Made by a program: the position numbers and the translations under genes. A stretch of 51,428 nucleotides of DNA from the NCBI GenBank assembly GCA_021432655.1, contig MU271512.1, forward strand, positions 1-51,428. The letters are read 5' to 3'. How positions within the stretch are numbered: the first letter of the stretch is position 1; each line of letters starts with the position of its first letter. The stretch is from Atractiella rhizophila. Taxonomy: Eukaryota. Shown in pieces: positions 1-11,482 of this stretch. The notes under the pieces were generated by a model that ran no database searches, had not been told where the DNA came from, and was given only the letters and a program-made list of their open reading frames with translations.

Positions 1-687
1 GTGTTTAGTGGTAGGTGCGGGAGCTTCAAGTCTGAGTGTGCAAGGAGGATCTGTACCTCCTCGCAGTTCTAAGCTGTGATGCCATTTCACTTGCTATCAG
101 CAACTCAAGCCAAGCTCGCAAACGTGAGGCACTCATCGTAAAAATTGACAACCTGAAGACTCTTTTGGGCTGGGGGCCATTTAGTGCGAAAAGGTCACTG
201 GACGCCGATCGACCAAGCCTGTTGAACTGATTGCTGGGAAAGTTCTTGAAAACTGGTTCAACACTTCAACATACAGGGAGAAGCTTGACTTGTTCATAAC
301 GGACGGTCGATGCTGGAATATTTCAGCATGTTGCAACAAAGCAAATAGATGTTGGAAGAGACCCGTTAAAATAACATCCCGCTCTTGACGGTCTCGTTAA
401 CTATGCCACTTCTACCAATGCTCCAGATAGCTGAAGGAAGGCCCATCCCATGATACAGGCCTGATAAACATTAGAAAGGTAGGAACCAGGTTCATCCATT
501 ATGCCGAAAGGAGGAAGTACCATGATAAAACCTGTGGTAGTGTCCCTTCCTCCCTCCGAGACCCATTCCAGCATTGACTGCTTGTTCATCAGTGTTTCGT
601 TCTAGTCCAAAGTTCAGTAGCTTCAGTCTTCAGTACATTTCCGTTCAGTTCGAGGACAGACCTCGTCGCTACATTTGCTTTCGAAAC

Positions 688-1206
688 ATGTTGACCATGT
701 TCCTCCTCCTCCTCCTCCCTATTGCTTCCTTCTCTCTCCCCACAGGTCTCCTCACCCGTCAGAACGGCAAATTCTTCCAGCTCCCAGTGCCCAGAGAGGT
801 CATCGGCGTCCGGATCTTAAACAGGAACAAGAAGATGGGAGCGCAGAAACGGGCGGTGGAGCAAACGCAGTTTCGGCTCAGATTCCCCGAGCCCAAGGAT
901 CCATCCACTGAGGTAGGACAGTCTGCCCTCCTTGGTTGTGGTCTAAGTACTAACATTTGTGTCCTTGAGCAGGCGGGCCAATTTGCCATTTCCTACGCGT
1001 CCCTGTGGGCAACTCCCTACCCGCTGCCCAATCCGACACCGTCGCCAGGCTCTTTCATTGACAACCGCAGGCTCATCGAGAGAGATAACTTCCCAAAGAA
1101 CCCACAAGGTGAATTGCCGATCTGGAAGTTTACAGATGAAGATGGCGGGATCCATACCGTTAGAGCTCATCATTGGGATGCTCAGGTGAAGGACGAGAAG
1201 CATTAA
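688..1206 (+). CDS. Small secreted protein of unknown function (about 150 aa, one intron)
   Basis: ATG at 688 (or 697), then hydrophobic signal-like MFLLLLLPIASFSLP and a dibasic QKR site. In-frame 60-nt intron 913-972 (GTAGGA...TACTAAC...CAG). Stop at 1204-1206. Confidence 0.6.
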   Translation: MLTMFLLLLLPIASFSLPTGLLTRQNGKFFQLPVPREVIGVRILNRNKKMGAQKRAVEQTQFRLRFPEPKDPSTEVGQSALLGCGLSTNICVLEQAGQFAISYASLWATPYPLPNPTPSPGSFIDNRRLIERDNFPKNPQGELPIWKFTDEDGGIHTVRAHHWDAQVKDEKH

Positions 1207-1917
1207 TGCGCCTTGAAGACGTCTCTTTATCACTTCTATTCGTGTAACTTTAAAATGTGTACAAGTAGTTCTGCAGGTGCTGAACTCTTGGAAGCAAACG
1301 AAACCTTCATTAGAAGTAGTGTCTGGGTAAACATTCGACTGTCTTTCCATATTTGAGGACTACCTACTCCATGTAACTAATTCTCGGGATGAAACGCTCT
1401 TCGTCAGATTCAAAAGGTTCATACCATTGTTGTGCAGACTCCAAGAATCAGGAAATAGAAAGGGAGAAGTTCTGTTCAGCTAGGAGCCAGGCAAATCCGT
1501 AATCCGCATTTACTTTATGCTGGCAGTTCAAGCTGCACCATGGGAGGCTCTGAAACGGGAGAGTTGAAGGACGCCGCAAGGACACTTTGCAGGTCCACGC
1601 CATAGCAAATACAAGGGATAACATCTAGGCTTCTAAAATAAGGTCGTCACAATTCAAAGTTTCCTTGCAAGTGATTCTTTGTCCTGCTGTCCCTTGTTCG
1701 GAGAATTGTAGTTGGAAGGATCCCCTTGTTGCCACGTGCGCCCTTGTTCTCAAGGGATGAATGTAGCGCCATGGGCCATGGGCAAAGAAAGAGATTCCAC
1801 AACAAGCAAACAAGGACAGGGGGATCGGCAGAGGGTATAAGAAGGGACAGCGCACCTCTTTGATCGCCAGTTCCCTTTAGACTTAGACATTACTATATCA
1901 AGAGCAGCGCTCGCCTC

Positions 1918-3831
1918 ATGCATCCCCAACTTCTCTTCACAATATTCTTGTTCAGCATCGTCTCAGCACGGGAGGGACTGGGAAAACCAGCCGTCCTCAC
2001 TTCCCTTGCAGCAATAGAAGGATGCTCTAGATGTGCCAACCTTGCTCGCAACGCTGGCGACGCTCTCCTCGCCACCGCCGGGCCTTGTTCACAGCAAGAG
2101 GAAGCGGACCAAATGATCGAACTTGGCGGGTCTGAGAACCTGGATTCGAAAACGAAGGATTTATTGGTCAGCATCGCTGTCGAATATCGACAAGCCCAGC
2201 GAGAGGTTCCGACGCTCCCTGATGGCACGGAGAGGAACAGCCTCTTCTGTCAACAGCAAGCTAGGAGCAGTCAGTTGAGGTGCTTGATGCAAAAACAAGA
2301 TTCAGACGTGGTGTCAAATCTCTTCTTCGATCCTTCCGCCCCTGGAGATGGAACTGTGAACGCGGGTAAGAATCAAGGTTTGTCCTTCTCTTTCTCTACT
2401 GTTTCTGCGATAGTGACACATGGAGTAGTGGGCACGATTGCGCCAAGCTTCGCCGCTTGTAAAGGTAGCGGAAAGGCAGTGAAGGCGTCTGATGCCGGAG
2501 CTGAAGCTGGGAATACAGAGTCCGGTGCTTCAGTCGACGTAGCATCAACGAGCGATACTTGTTCCAGCGATGAGGAAAGCGGAGGCACGACTGCATCAAC
2601 GACCGAGAACGAAGCCAGCTCTGCATCGGGAGATCCGGCCGACACCGTATCGGGGGCAGGAGAAGAGGAGACGTGTCCTAGCGACAGCGAAGGGACAGGT
2701 TCCTCCGCTTCGTCTTCTAGCTCCAACGATCCCACCGCTTCTGCTTCTGCCTCTGCCTCTGTCTCTGTCACCACCCAGTTCAGCACAGTGTACCGAACTG
2801 CAACGACCGAAGCTGTCCAGACCAGAATTGCGACGGTCACTGTCACAGCTCCCCCTACAGGAGAGACAGTGGTTGGGATCGGCGCGAGCGTGATTGGATT
2901 CGCCTCCTCGTCCATACCCGACGGAAGTGCAGCTGTCGTTTCCGATTCTCCAGCTCCCGCCTCTCCTCCATCCTCAGGAGGAGTTCCAGGAACCAATCCT
3001 CGAGACTCATCCACCTTTAAGAGGCGAGAAGACTGGTCGGGAGTCGATGATGCTGCTGAGGAGGTTGAAAAGCCAAAGAAATGGTCGTTTGGCCCTCAAC
3101 GCGCCTGGTTTGCCGCTCACGGTTCCTCTGCTTCGTCGTCTTCATCACCAGCTCCTTCTTCCACCCCGGCGTCGACTCTACAAAAGCGATTCTCCTTCTC
3201 CTTCCCTCCTCCAGGTAAGACGATGGAACCTTTTAACGAGACGTGGCAAGGTCCGACAGGAAGTCAGAAATCGTCCAACGAGCTTCGTTCCGTCCATATC
3301 AAGCGTAACCGCGGTCCACCTGCTGGGGCTTTAAAGCTTCAACCGGTCAAACGGGACCTCACGAACGCTCAACAGCTCTTCGGTGCTTTCGGAGGTGGTC
3401 TGAAGGGAGGTGCGGCGAAGCGAAACGTGTTGGCGGAAGGAGGGATCGGGGCGACTCCAGTGTCTTCCTTTTTCATCGCCGCAACTGAGACTCCAACCCC
3501 CACCGCCACCGTCGACCTTGGCTTAAAACCCGTCTCCGGCGGCCTCCTCCAAGCTTCATCTTCCTCCGCTGACTTGGGGCTCAAATTTGTCTCTTCCGGC
3601 AGCATCCAAGCGACTTCACAATCGCTTGGAGACTTCGTAAACGTCGGCCCAGCCCCAACTGCCGTTGCGGCTAGTCCTGCCAGGGCTGCAGCCGCCACGG
3701 ACGGAGAGGACGAGGTCACCGTCGTGGTGGAGCATACGGTCACCAGCCGTGTTACCCATTTTGTGACTGCGACAGCGAAGGCGACAGTGACCGTGACGCA
3801 GACGGTGCAAGTTGAGCCGACTTCCCTATAG
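1918..3831 (+). CDS. Secreted Cys-domain plus Ser/Thr/Ala-rich protein with several Kex2-type KR sites
   Basis: 637-aa ORF with signal peptide MHPQLLFTIFLFSIVSA. N-terminal Cys-containing region (LLATAGPCSQQEEADQMI...FCQQQARSSQL), long S/T-rich tail and KR sites (FKRR, LQKR, HIKR, PVKR, AAKR). Probable in-frame intron 2378-2428. TATA-like TATAAGAA near 1835. Confidence 0.75.
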   Translation: MHPQLLFTIFLFSIVSAREGLGKPAVLTSLAAIEGCSRCANLARNAGDALLATAGPCSQQEEADQMIELGGSENLDSKTKDLLVSIAVEYRQAQREVPTLPDGTERNSLFCQQQARSSQLRCLMQKQDSDVVSNLFFDPSAPGDGTVNAGKNQGLSFSFSTVSAIVTHGVVGTIAPSFAACKGSGKAVKASDAGAEAGNTESGASVDVASTSDTCSSDEESGGTTASTTENEASSASGDPADTVSGAGEEETCPSDSEGTGSSASSSSSNDPTASASASASVSVTTQFSTVYRTATTEAVQTRIATVTVTAPPTGETVVGIGASVIGFASSSIPDGSAAVVSDSPAPASPPSSGGVPGTNPRDSSTFKRREDWSGVDDAAEEVEKPKKWSFGPQRAWFAAHGSSASSSSSPAPSSTPASTLQKRFSFSFPPPGKTMEPFNETWQGPTGSQKSSNELRSVHIKRNRGPPAGALKLQPVKRDLTNAQQLFGAFGGGLKGGAAKRNVLAEGGIGATPVSSFFIAATETPTPTATVDLGLKPVSGGLLQASSSSADLGLKFVSSGSIQATSQSLGDFVNVGPAPTAVAASPARAAAATDGEDEVTVVVEHTVTSRVTHFVTATAKATVTVTQTVQVEPTSL

Positions 3832-4859
3832 ACCAGGCGTATGTTCGCACGGTGGACACTATGTTTGTATATATTTTTTTTGCACAGTCGTTGGCATTGT
3901 TTTCCTTCGTTCTCATCCGTCGCTCATTTAGTCTAGAAAGCAATTGCATTAGTTGACTGTCGTGACTGTAAATTTTGTAGCATTAAACTAAGAAATCATA
4001 TCCGCATAATTCGCAGACGAGCTACCAACAGCGGGAGATGAGAGTCAAGTGTCACCTTAGCAAATAACTCACAAAGACTCACATACTGCATTTACAGTGA
4101 TCAAGGCACCTTTAGTGGATCTTATGTCTGACATTATATGCGTTGTCAGATCGGATCTGTATTTGCCATTGAAGCTGTGCCTGATAGCATCAGAGGAGTT
4201 GAAGAGTGTCCACAAATGCAAAGTATGCAAATACTAGGAAGCAACTTTCATTTCTTTCTGCGAGCAATTTCAAAAACCGGAAACGGGGGAAAAGGGAACA
4301 ACTCCGCAAAAAAAATTCCTTAATTCCTCAATAAAACAACCCCGGAACCCTCAAAACAACCCCAAAGTCAAAGGAAAGGAGAAACAAACCTGAAGTTGTG
4401 ACTTGACGACTGTAAACATCCTCAAGCACGTCCAACATCGCGTCATACTTTAAACATATAACAACGTTTGCTATCACACTTGCTCACAGGATGTCGTCCT
4501 TGCGTCTGGTCAGATTGATAGAGTGCTGAGGAAGAGAATGCATGACGTGGCCAGCGGCAATGGTGATACCCGCTTTATTCACGCATTCTTCTGACCACCA
4601 GACCACACAATCAGCAATCAGGACGACTTCCCAGTCCGCTCCTCCAGCTGTCCTCCACCAAAAGCAGCATCTGCTAGCAGACCAGCGAGATTGGACATAG
4701 ACTACGCGTTGGATAAACAACATACAGGGTGAGCCATCCTCTCCTCGGCGTATTGGGAGTGGAGTTAAGTGAGGTATTGGAAAGAATCACTTCGAATTTC
4801 GCTGTACAAATCTTTGCGACTTTTCATATCCCGCAACAATAATCCACAATCCAATCAGC

Positions 4860-7765
4860 ATGGCCGCCCAATCCAGCCTTCGTCCAGGCGCGAGACAGCT
4901 GAAATACCTCCTTCCGCTGTTACTCGTCGTCTACGTCTTACGGAGGACTCGAAAGCGTCTCTTCTCCCTCCTTCCCACCGGAAGCCGAAAAACATCTCTT
5001 CCCGCATCGTACTACCTCGACACACCTCTCCGCGACCTCGCACAGCGAGACCTGTTCCGTCCTCTCGAGGACGGCTCGAGGGAGCTCCTGGTGCCTTACA
5101 AGAAGGGAGTGAGCAAGGTCCTGGTGAGACCGACAAAGGAGAGCACGTTTGATTTGCACGCGAAGATATTCAAGGAGGTCGGAGAGGAGAGCGTGAGATT
5201 GGAGAAGGCACGGTTGAAGGGAAAGAAGGGAGGTGTCGGAGTCGATAGGACGTTCATGAGACAGCTAAGAGCGATTCTGATGATCATCATCCCGAGAGTG
5301 GACAGCAAAGAAATGATCTTGTTGTTGCTCTCAAGCGGGTTTCTTGGTCTCAGAACTTGGCTCTCCGTTCTGGTTGCGAGATTGGATGGAAGACTAGTCG
5401 GAGATTTGGTCCGTCATTCCCACCTCCTTCTTGTCGCGGTATGATTGGGGCTAAAACCTTTTGGATAAAGGTATCGGCAAACGGACGCGGCTTCCTCGTC
5501 GGTCTGCTCTACTGGTTCCTCCTCGCCCTACCCTCATGCTACACAAACGCGATGATCCGCTACCTATCCTCCAAGCTCGCTCTCTCCTTCCGAACCCGCC
5601 TAACACGGTACGCGGACGACCTCTACCTCTCCTCCAACCTTTCCTACTCCAAACTGCTCTCTCTCTCTTCAGCGATCGAAAGCCCCGATCAGTATTTGAC
5701 CAACGACATCGCCCGCTTCTGCGTCTCCCTATCCAACTTGTACTCCAACTTGAGTAAACCCATCCTCGACCTCTTGATCTTCAACTTTCAGCTCTTCACT
5801 AACGTTGGCTGGAGAGGTTCTGCTGGACTCGCCGCGAATTACGTGGTCACGGCTGCGATATTGAGAGCGGTCACGCCCTCGTTTGGCAAGCTTGCGGCGG
5901 TGGAGGCGAGGTTGGAGGGAGAGTATAGGGGGATGCAGAGTCGGATAGTAACGAATGCGGAGGAGATTGCATTCTATAATGGAGCGGAGAGGGAGAAGGG
6001 AATCTTGAAAGAGAGCTTTGAGAATTTGATCAGGCACATTCATTCCATCTTCAAGGTATGCATATCCAACAATACTGCCATATGTTCTATATGATTGTAT
6101 GTGAGAGTGCTGATTAGAATGTCGGAGCAGATTAGGATAGCTTATTCTATGACGGAAGACTTCATCATTAAGTACATGTGGTCGGCAGCAGGATACGTAC
6201 TCATCGCCCTACCCGTCTTCCTCGAAGAGGTAGTAGGCATACCCATGTCTTCCCATGCCTCCCCCTCTTCTGGGGGAGACGAGAAGGTGGATGGAGGGTC
6301 CGAAGCTCGCGTGGCCAAACGAACCGAGAGTGCGTTGTGCCTGCCCCCATCTCTTTCAATCCTCTAGAATGACAAGTTAAATCTGATGACGGTGTCTGGT
6401 ACAGATTATATCTCGAATCGTCGCCTCCTACTCTCCCTCTCCGACGCCGGAGGTCGTCTCATGTATTCATACAAGGACCTAGCCGAGCTCGCAGGATACA
6501 CTCAACGCGTCTTCACCTTCCTCGAGACGTTGCATCGGCTCAGATCGTCGACTTACACCCCCGCCGGGTACAAAATGGAGGAAGGAGGAGTGGAGAGGAG
6601 GGGAAAGAACGAGTTCGCGTTGGATACCATAAATGGGACGATTGTCCTGGAACAGAGCGGAGAAGAGGAGGAAGTCGTGTTTGAGAACGTACCCGTCGTC
6701 GCCCCCGCGCCATTGAAGGTAGAGATTGGAAATGGGACGACGGCGAAGACAGAGACGGGGAAAGCGGCGGATGGGGAAGAGGATGGTTTGTTGGAGGGGG
6801 AAGGAGGGAGGAGGTTTGGAGAGGTCTTGGTGGAGAGTTTGAGCTTCAAAGTTCGAGAAGGAGAACATCTGCTCATCAGCGGACCGAACGGGAGCGGCAA
6901 ATCTTCGATCGGTCGTCTCCTAGGAGGATTGTGGCCTGTCTTCGAGGGAGTGGTGAGGAGGCCGAAGGACGCGAAGGCGACTAGGTTCGCTAAAGGAGAG
7001 AAAAAGGAGAATGAGGGTATCATGTTCATCCCACAAAGACCTTACCTCTCCCTTGGCAGTCTGAGAGATCAGGTTATATATCCAGACAGCTATCCTGAGA
7101 TGGTGGCCAAGGGACTGACGGATTCGGACCTGATTGGGATACTGGAGAAGGTGCATTTGGAGTATCTGGTTGAGAGGGAGGGCGGGTTTGAGACGAGGAA
7201 GGAGTGGAAGGACGTCCTCAGGTATATCCTCCCTTCCAATTTGTATCCACACACGTGAATTGATGATGCCTGGTGGGTGGCCATAGCGGCGGAGAGAAAC
7301 AGCGGATCAACCTCGCTCGTCTCTTCTACTTTCGTCCCAAATTCGCAGTCCTAGACGAAGCCACCTCTGCCGTCTCCTCGGACGTGGAGGGACTGTTGTA
7401 CTCGCGAGCGAAGGAGTTGGGCATCAGTGCGTCTTTTCCCCCCTCCACATTCATCCCGCAATGCTGAGCAATACCGGTGGTAGCTCTGATCACCATCTCA
7501 CATCGTCCTTCCCTCTTCAAGTACCACAATCACCTCCTTAAGCTCTTAGGACATGAAGGCAAATGGGAGCTGAGCGCGATCGGGACTGAAGAAGAGTTCG
7601 TACTTCTCATTGTTCGTTCTCAAGCCTGATGATGCTCTTGTTGTGTATAGGAAATCGACGTTTAAGAATGAAATGGCGGAACTGGAGGATAAATTAAGGC
7701 AGGTGGATGGCTGGAAGGAACGGTTGGCAGAGATCGAGAGGGAACTCGCTTTCAAGAACGCTTAG
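4860..7765 (+). CDS. Peroxisomal ABC half-transporter (ABCD/ALDP family, PXA1/PXA2-like)
   Basis: Spliced ORF with ABC_membrane_2 region, EAA-like motif ([10 protein letters not shown]), Walker [10 protein letters not shown], signature LSGGEKQR (across intron 7222-7286), Walker [12 protein letters not shown] and ITISHRPSL. Introns 5409-5470, 6056-6130, 6330-6404, 7222-7286, 7427-7483 and about 7597-7650. Ends ELAFKNA*. Confidence 0.95.
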
Positions 7766-8122
7766 ATTCCGTGCTGACAATATTGGCATGTATGAGGTAG
7801 ATAATCTTGAATAATGTTGACTTTCCTGAGCACCACATTTGGCTAGCTTTCACGCTTAAAGCAGTGTCAGATCGACCGGTTGTGGATGGGCGGTGGGTGT
7901 CGCACTCGGAGGAAGAAGGGAGTTGGGGAAGGTAGGTTGAAGAGGGGGAGAGCCGCATGACGAGATTTTACAAACGTAACCAGGATTAAAATAGGATCCT
8001 CCAGTGCTTTCATTGATTAAGTGATGAATGATTATTACAACTAAACGTTTTGTTTCAAACATGGAGATGCTACAATATTTACAAGGTCATGTCAGGTCAC
8101 ACAAATGGAATACAGTCTGATA

Positions 8123-9240
8123 TCAGCTTTTTGAAGTCCAGCCTCTTCTCTGCTTCAAAAATGGCTCCGACATCAGTCCCTCCAGGCTCAACCCCTTGAC
8201 TTGGGAGGCAGGTCCCCCTGTTCTGGACGAGCTCATCGTAATGCTAGTGCCTGAGAGACTGGGAGACATCGCTGATTGCTTGTCCGAGTCGTCAAACTGA
8301 ATGATACTTGAATCATTCACCACTTCCCCGATTCCTCGTGAAGATGGCGGAGATGGTGGAGAGAGTAGCGAGGTCGTGCAAGATGAAGTTGTTGGACAAG
8401 GTTGCGAAGAAGGGGAGGCACTGCGAGACGTTGCAGAGGACCCAAAAAGTCCTAGAAATGCCCAATGAGATGCTTGAAAGGCTGACATAGAAACGTACCT
8501 CCATGGAGCAACTGAGCTATTTGTGCTATCAGCCTTACTTCTCCCTCCCTCCCCGCAGATACTGTCCCATTATCAGCGGGGGCTGTTGTATCCTTCGCCA
8601 CATCCATTATTGCATCCATTGTAGTCCCAGTGCTAGCCGGGGTATTCGATCTCCTCATCGTGGTAGTGGTACTGGTCTGCATCCTTTTCTCTGCCCACTT
8701 GTGCAAATCTTCAAGTAACTGCTCCGGGTTGTGGCCATGACCAAAAATATCACCTAAACAGGTCCAGCCAATCAATTGCCTTCCGCTTGTCCCTCTGGAA
8801 ACTGTACTTACTTGGGCAATTTCTTATAAATGCCAACAAGTAGCCTTGATTTTCATGCTCCACCGAGATCCATACGGCGCGGTAGCCTTCGGGCGTGACT
8901 TCCACCATATGTTCGTCCACATCAGGAAGATCTTGATCAGACGCCTGATACCCAATCCATCCAACATTAGGCCATTAACCAACTATGTGGGAGAACATAC
9001 CTCAAAGGTTACTCTGCACTGTTCATGCTGCCTGAGATGTGCAATCGCCCTGCCTTTCTCTGTGAACACTCTCTTGCCACAAAAAAACAAGCCATTCAAT
9101 TTTGTATCGTGTATCGCACGGGTAAGGATAACTAGGGAGAATAGTATTCATTGTAGCTCATGCGAGGAGATTGAGCGGGAATGGCTACCTTCGAACCCTT
9201 TGTCAGTTTCGTCGGTGGTGAGAACCTGGGAAGAGTGCAT
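8123..9240 (-). CDS. Orphan protein, copy A (5 exons; HicB-like motif and Ser/Pro-rich tail)
   Basis: Splicing of four GT-AG introns gives an open frame: MHSSQVLTTDETDKGFEVILTRAIHDTKLNGLFFCGKRVFTEKG...EGYRAVWISVEHENQGYLLAFIRKLPSDIFGHGHNPEQLLEDLHKW...KQRRGWTSKS*. The same intron positions and frame are kept in the paralog at 11483-12590. Confidence 0.7.
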
Positions 9241-9592
9241 TGTTGCTCATGAATGTTAGATGTCGATCGCGTTAGAGCCGTCAGTCGGGGTTTCAAAGCA
9301 CTCTTCAGCGGTCGTTGAGAGAGTCCTGTCGCTGAGGTGTGGTTAATTGATTTGCGTTGATTGTCGCTTAAGCGGAAGCAGCTGCTGAGCTCACGAGTGA
9401 AAAAGGCATCGGCAGCGGCTGAATCGCTGACTGCCCAAGACTTTGGAAAGGAGGGTTCAAAACCAGACCGCTCAATCGCCCCTGAGGACTGCAGATTCTC
9501 CAAACCTGAAACTGCTTTGAAATTAGTCTCGGGGCAGACTCCTGAACTACTACGTCATTACAATTTCAGATATCAAACCATCCAAAATCCAG

Positions 9593-9860
9593 CAGGGCTG
9601 GAGTGTGGAACTAGGAACCGAACATGTCGAAATCGGAACCGACCATTTTTGAATGCAAATATCTCAACCACAACAGCTGGTACGGCCTTGGAGTAAGCGC
9701 GAATCCAGATAGTCTTAGCAAGATATTCTGATATTGGTTTGTGCGCTTTTTTGGTGAGGCCTCATCCGTTTTTCAGCTTTGGATGTAACCATCTTTGCAG
9801 CTCTATATCTCGTTACATACGCGATATTGAGCTCCACGGAGTCTCAGGGAGTGCCTCTTT
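9593..9860. mobile_element. Possible one-ended remnant of a non-autonomous DNA transposon (hAT-like end)
   Basis: CAGGGCTGG at 9593 is followed by repeated GGAACC/GAACCG motifs, within unique filler DNA just before the duplication junction. No matching second end or transposase was found. Confidence 0.2.
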
Positions 9861-10181
9861 TGCCCACTCCAGGCGGTGGAACACGCGGAGATCGCATACG
9901 CACCGAGCGCGACAATCGTCCACCTCAACCCAACCAGTGTCCTTCCACCCTCTTCTCAGTCGGCATCCTCTCAAACTGTTCGGAAAAGATAACATAGAGC
10001 TCCCAGACTCTTCCCAGGTGTTTTCGCAGCTCTAGCGCCTTTCTAGCCCAACCCACTACTCCTTTCTGGTGCCGTCCTTTCACCCCCCTCCCTTTCCTAT
10101 CTCTCTACCCCTCAAAGCTCGCTAACGATCTAAAACGCTCTAGTGAACGAAATTCATGTCAATCGCCGGCTCCTACGAGCA

Positions 10182-11106
10182 CGCCCGCTTCTGCGTCTCC
10201 CTATCCAACATGTACTCCAATTTGAGCAAACCCATCCTCGACCTCTTGATCTTCAACTTTCAGCTCTTCACTAACGTCGGTTGGAGAGGTTCTGCTGGAC
10301 TCGCCGCGAATTATGTGGTCACGGCTGCGATATTGAGAGCGGTCACGCCCTCGTTTGGCAAGCTTGCGGCGGTGGAGGCCGGTTGGAGGGAGAGTATCGG
10401 GGGATGCAAAGTCGGATAGTGACGAACGCGGAGGAGATTGCGTTCTATAATGGAGCGAAGAGGGAGAAGGGAATCTTGAAAGAGAGCTTTGAGAATTTGA
10501 TCAGACACATTCATTCCATCTTCAAGGTATGCATATCCCACAATATTGCTATATGTTCTATATGATTGTATGTGAGAGTGCTGATTGGAATGTCGGAGCA
10601 GATTAGGATAGCTTATTCTATGACGGAAGACTTCATCATTAAGTACATGTGGTCGGCAGCAGGATACGTACTCATCGCCCTACCCGTCTTCCTCGAAGAG
10701 GTAGTAGGCATACCCATGTCTTCCCATGCCTCCCCCTCTTCTGGGGGAGATGAGAAGGTGGATGGAGGGTCCGAAGCTCGCGTGGCCAAACGAACCGAGA
10801 GTGCGTTGTGCCTGCCTCCATCTCTTTCAATCCTCTAGAATGACAAGTTAAATCTGATGACGGTGTCTGGTACAGATTATATATCTCGAATCGTCGCCTC
10901 CTACTCTCCCTCTCCGACGCCGGAGGTCGTCTCATGTATTCATACAAGGACCTAGCCGAGCTCGCAGGGTACACTCAACGCGTCTTCACCTTCCTCGAGA
11001 CGTTGCATCGGCTCAGATCGTCGACTTACACCCCCGCCGGGTACAAAATGGAGGAAGGAGGAGCGGAGAGGAGGGGAAAGAACGAACTCGCTTTCAAGAA
11101 CGCTTA
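10182..11106 (+). pseudogene. Truncated, frameshifted PXA/ABCD pseudogene fragment
   Basis: Lacks the 5' end. Has a 1-nt deletion near 10380 (GAGGCCGGTTGG vs GAGGCGAGGTTGG) and a 2-nt insertion near 10880 (GATTATATATCTC). Jumps from KN (6610) to ELAFKNA* (7742), removing the whole ATPase domain. Confidence 0.9.
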
Positions 11107-11200
11107 GATTCCGTGCTGACAATATTGGCATGTATGAGGTAGATAATCTTGAATAATGTTGACTTTCCTGAACACCCCATTTGGCTAGCTTTCACGCTTA

Positions 11201-11258
11201 AAGCAGTGTCAGATTGACTGGTTGTGGATAAGCAGTGTCAGATTGACTGGTTGTGGAT
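11201..11258. repeat. Perfect 29-bp tandem duplication
   Basis: AAGCAGTGTCAGATTGACTGGTTGTGGAT occurs twice; the counterpart near 7859 has a single, slightly different copy. Confidence 0.9.
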
Positions 11259-11482
11259 GGAGTTGGGTGTCGCAAGGGAGGAAGAAGGGAGTTGGGGAAG
11301 GTACGTTGAAGAGGGGGAGAGCCGCAAGACGAGATTTTACAAACGTAACCAGGATTAAAATAGGATCCTCCAGTGCTTTCATTGATTAAGTGATGAATGA
11401 TTATTACAGCTAAACATTTGTTTCAAACATGGAAATACTACAATATGTACAAGGTCACATCAGGTCACAGTACAATCTGATA

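Noticed and set aside
1..570. Short ORFs (36-230 +, 401-589 -) and exon-like pieces
   Set aside because: No recognisable motif and stops in all plausible spliced frames. It may be a decayed element, but no call is supportable.
2373..3743. Long antisense and alternate-frame ORFs (also over PXA, RSM10, the TF and mL57)
   Set aside because: These are shadow ORFs expected from codon bias in GC-balanced coding DNA, with no independent motifs.
4385..4725. Minus-strand exon-like stretches upstream of PXA
   Set aside because: Splice-like signals exist, but I could not build a consistent open gene model.
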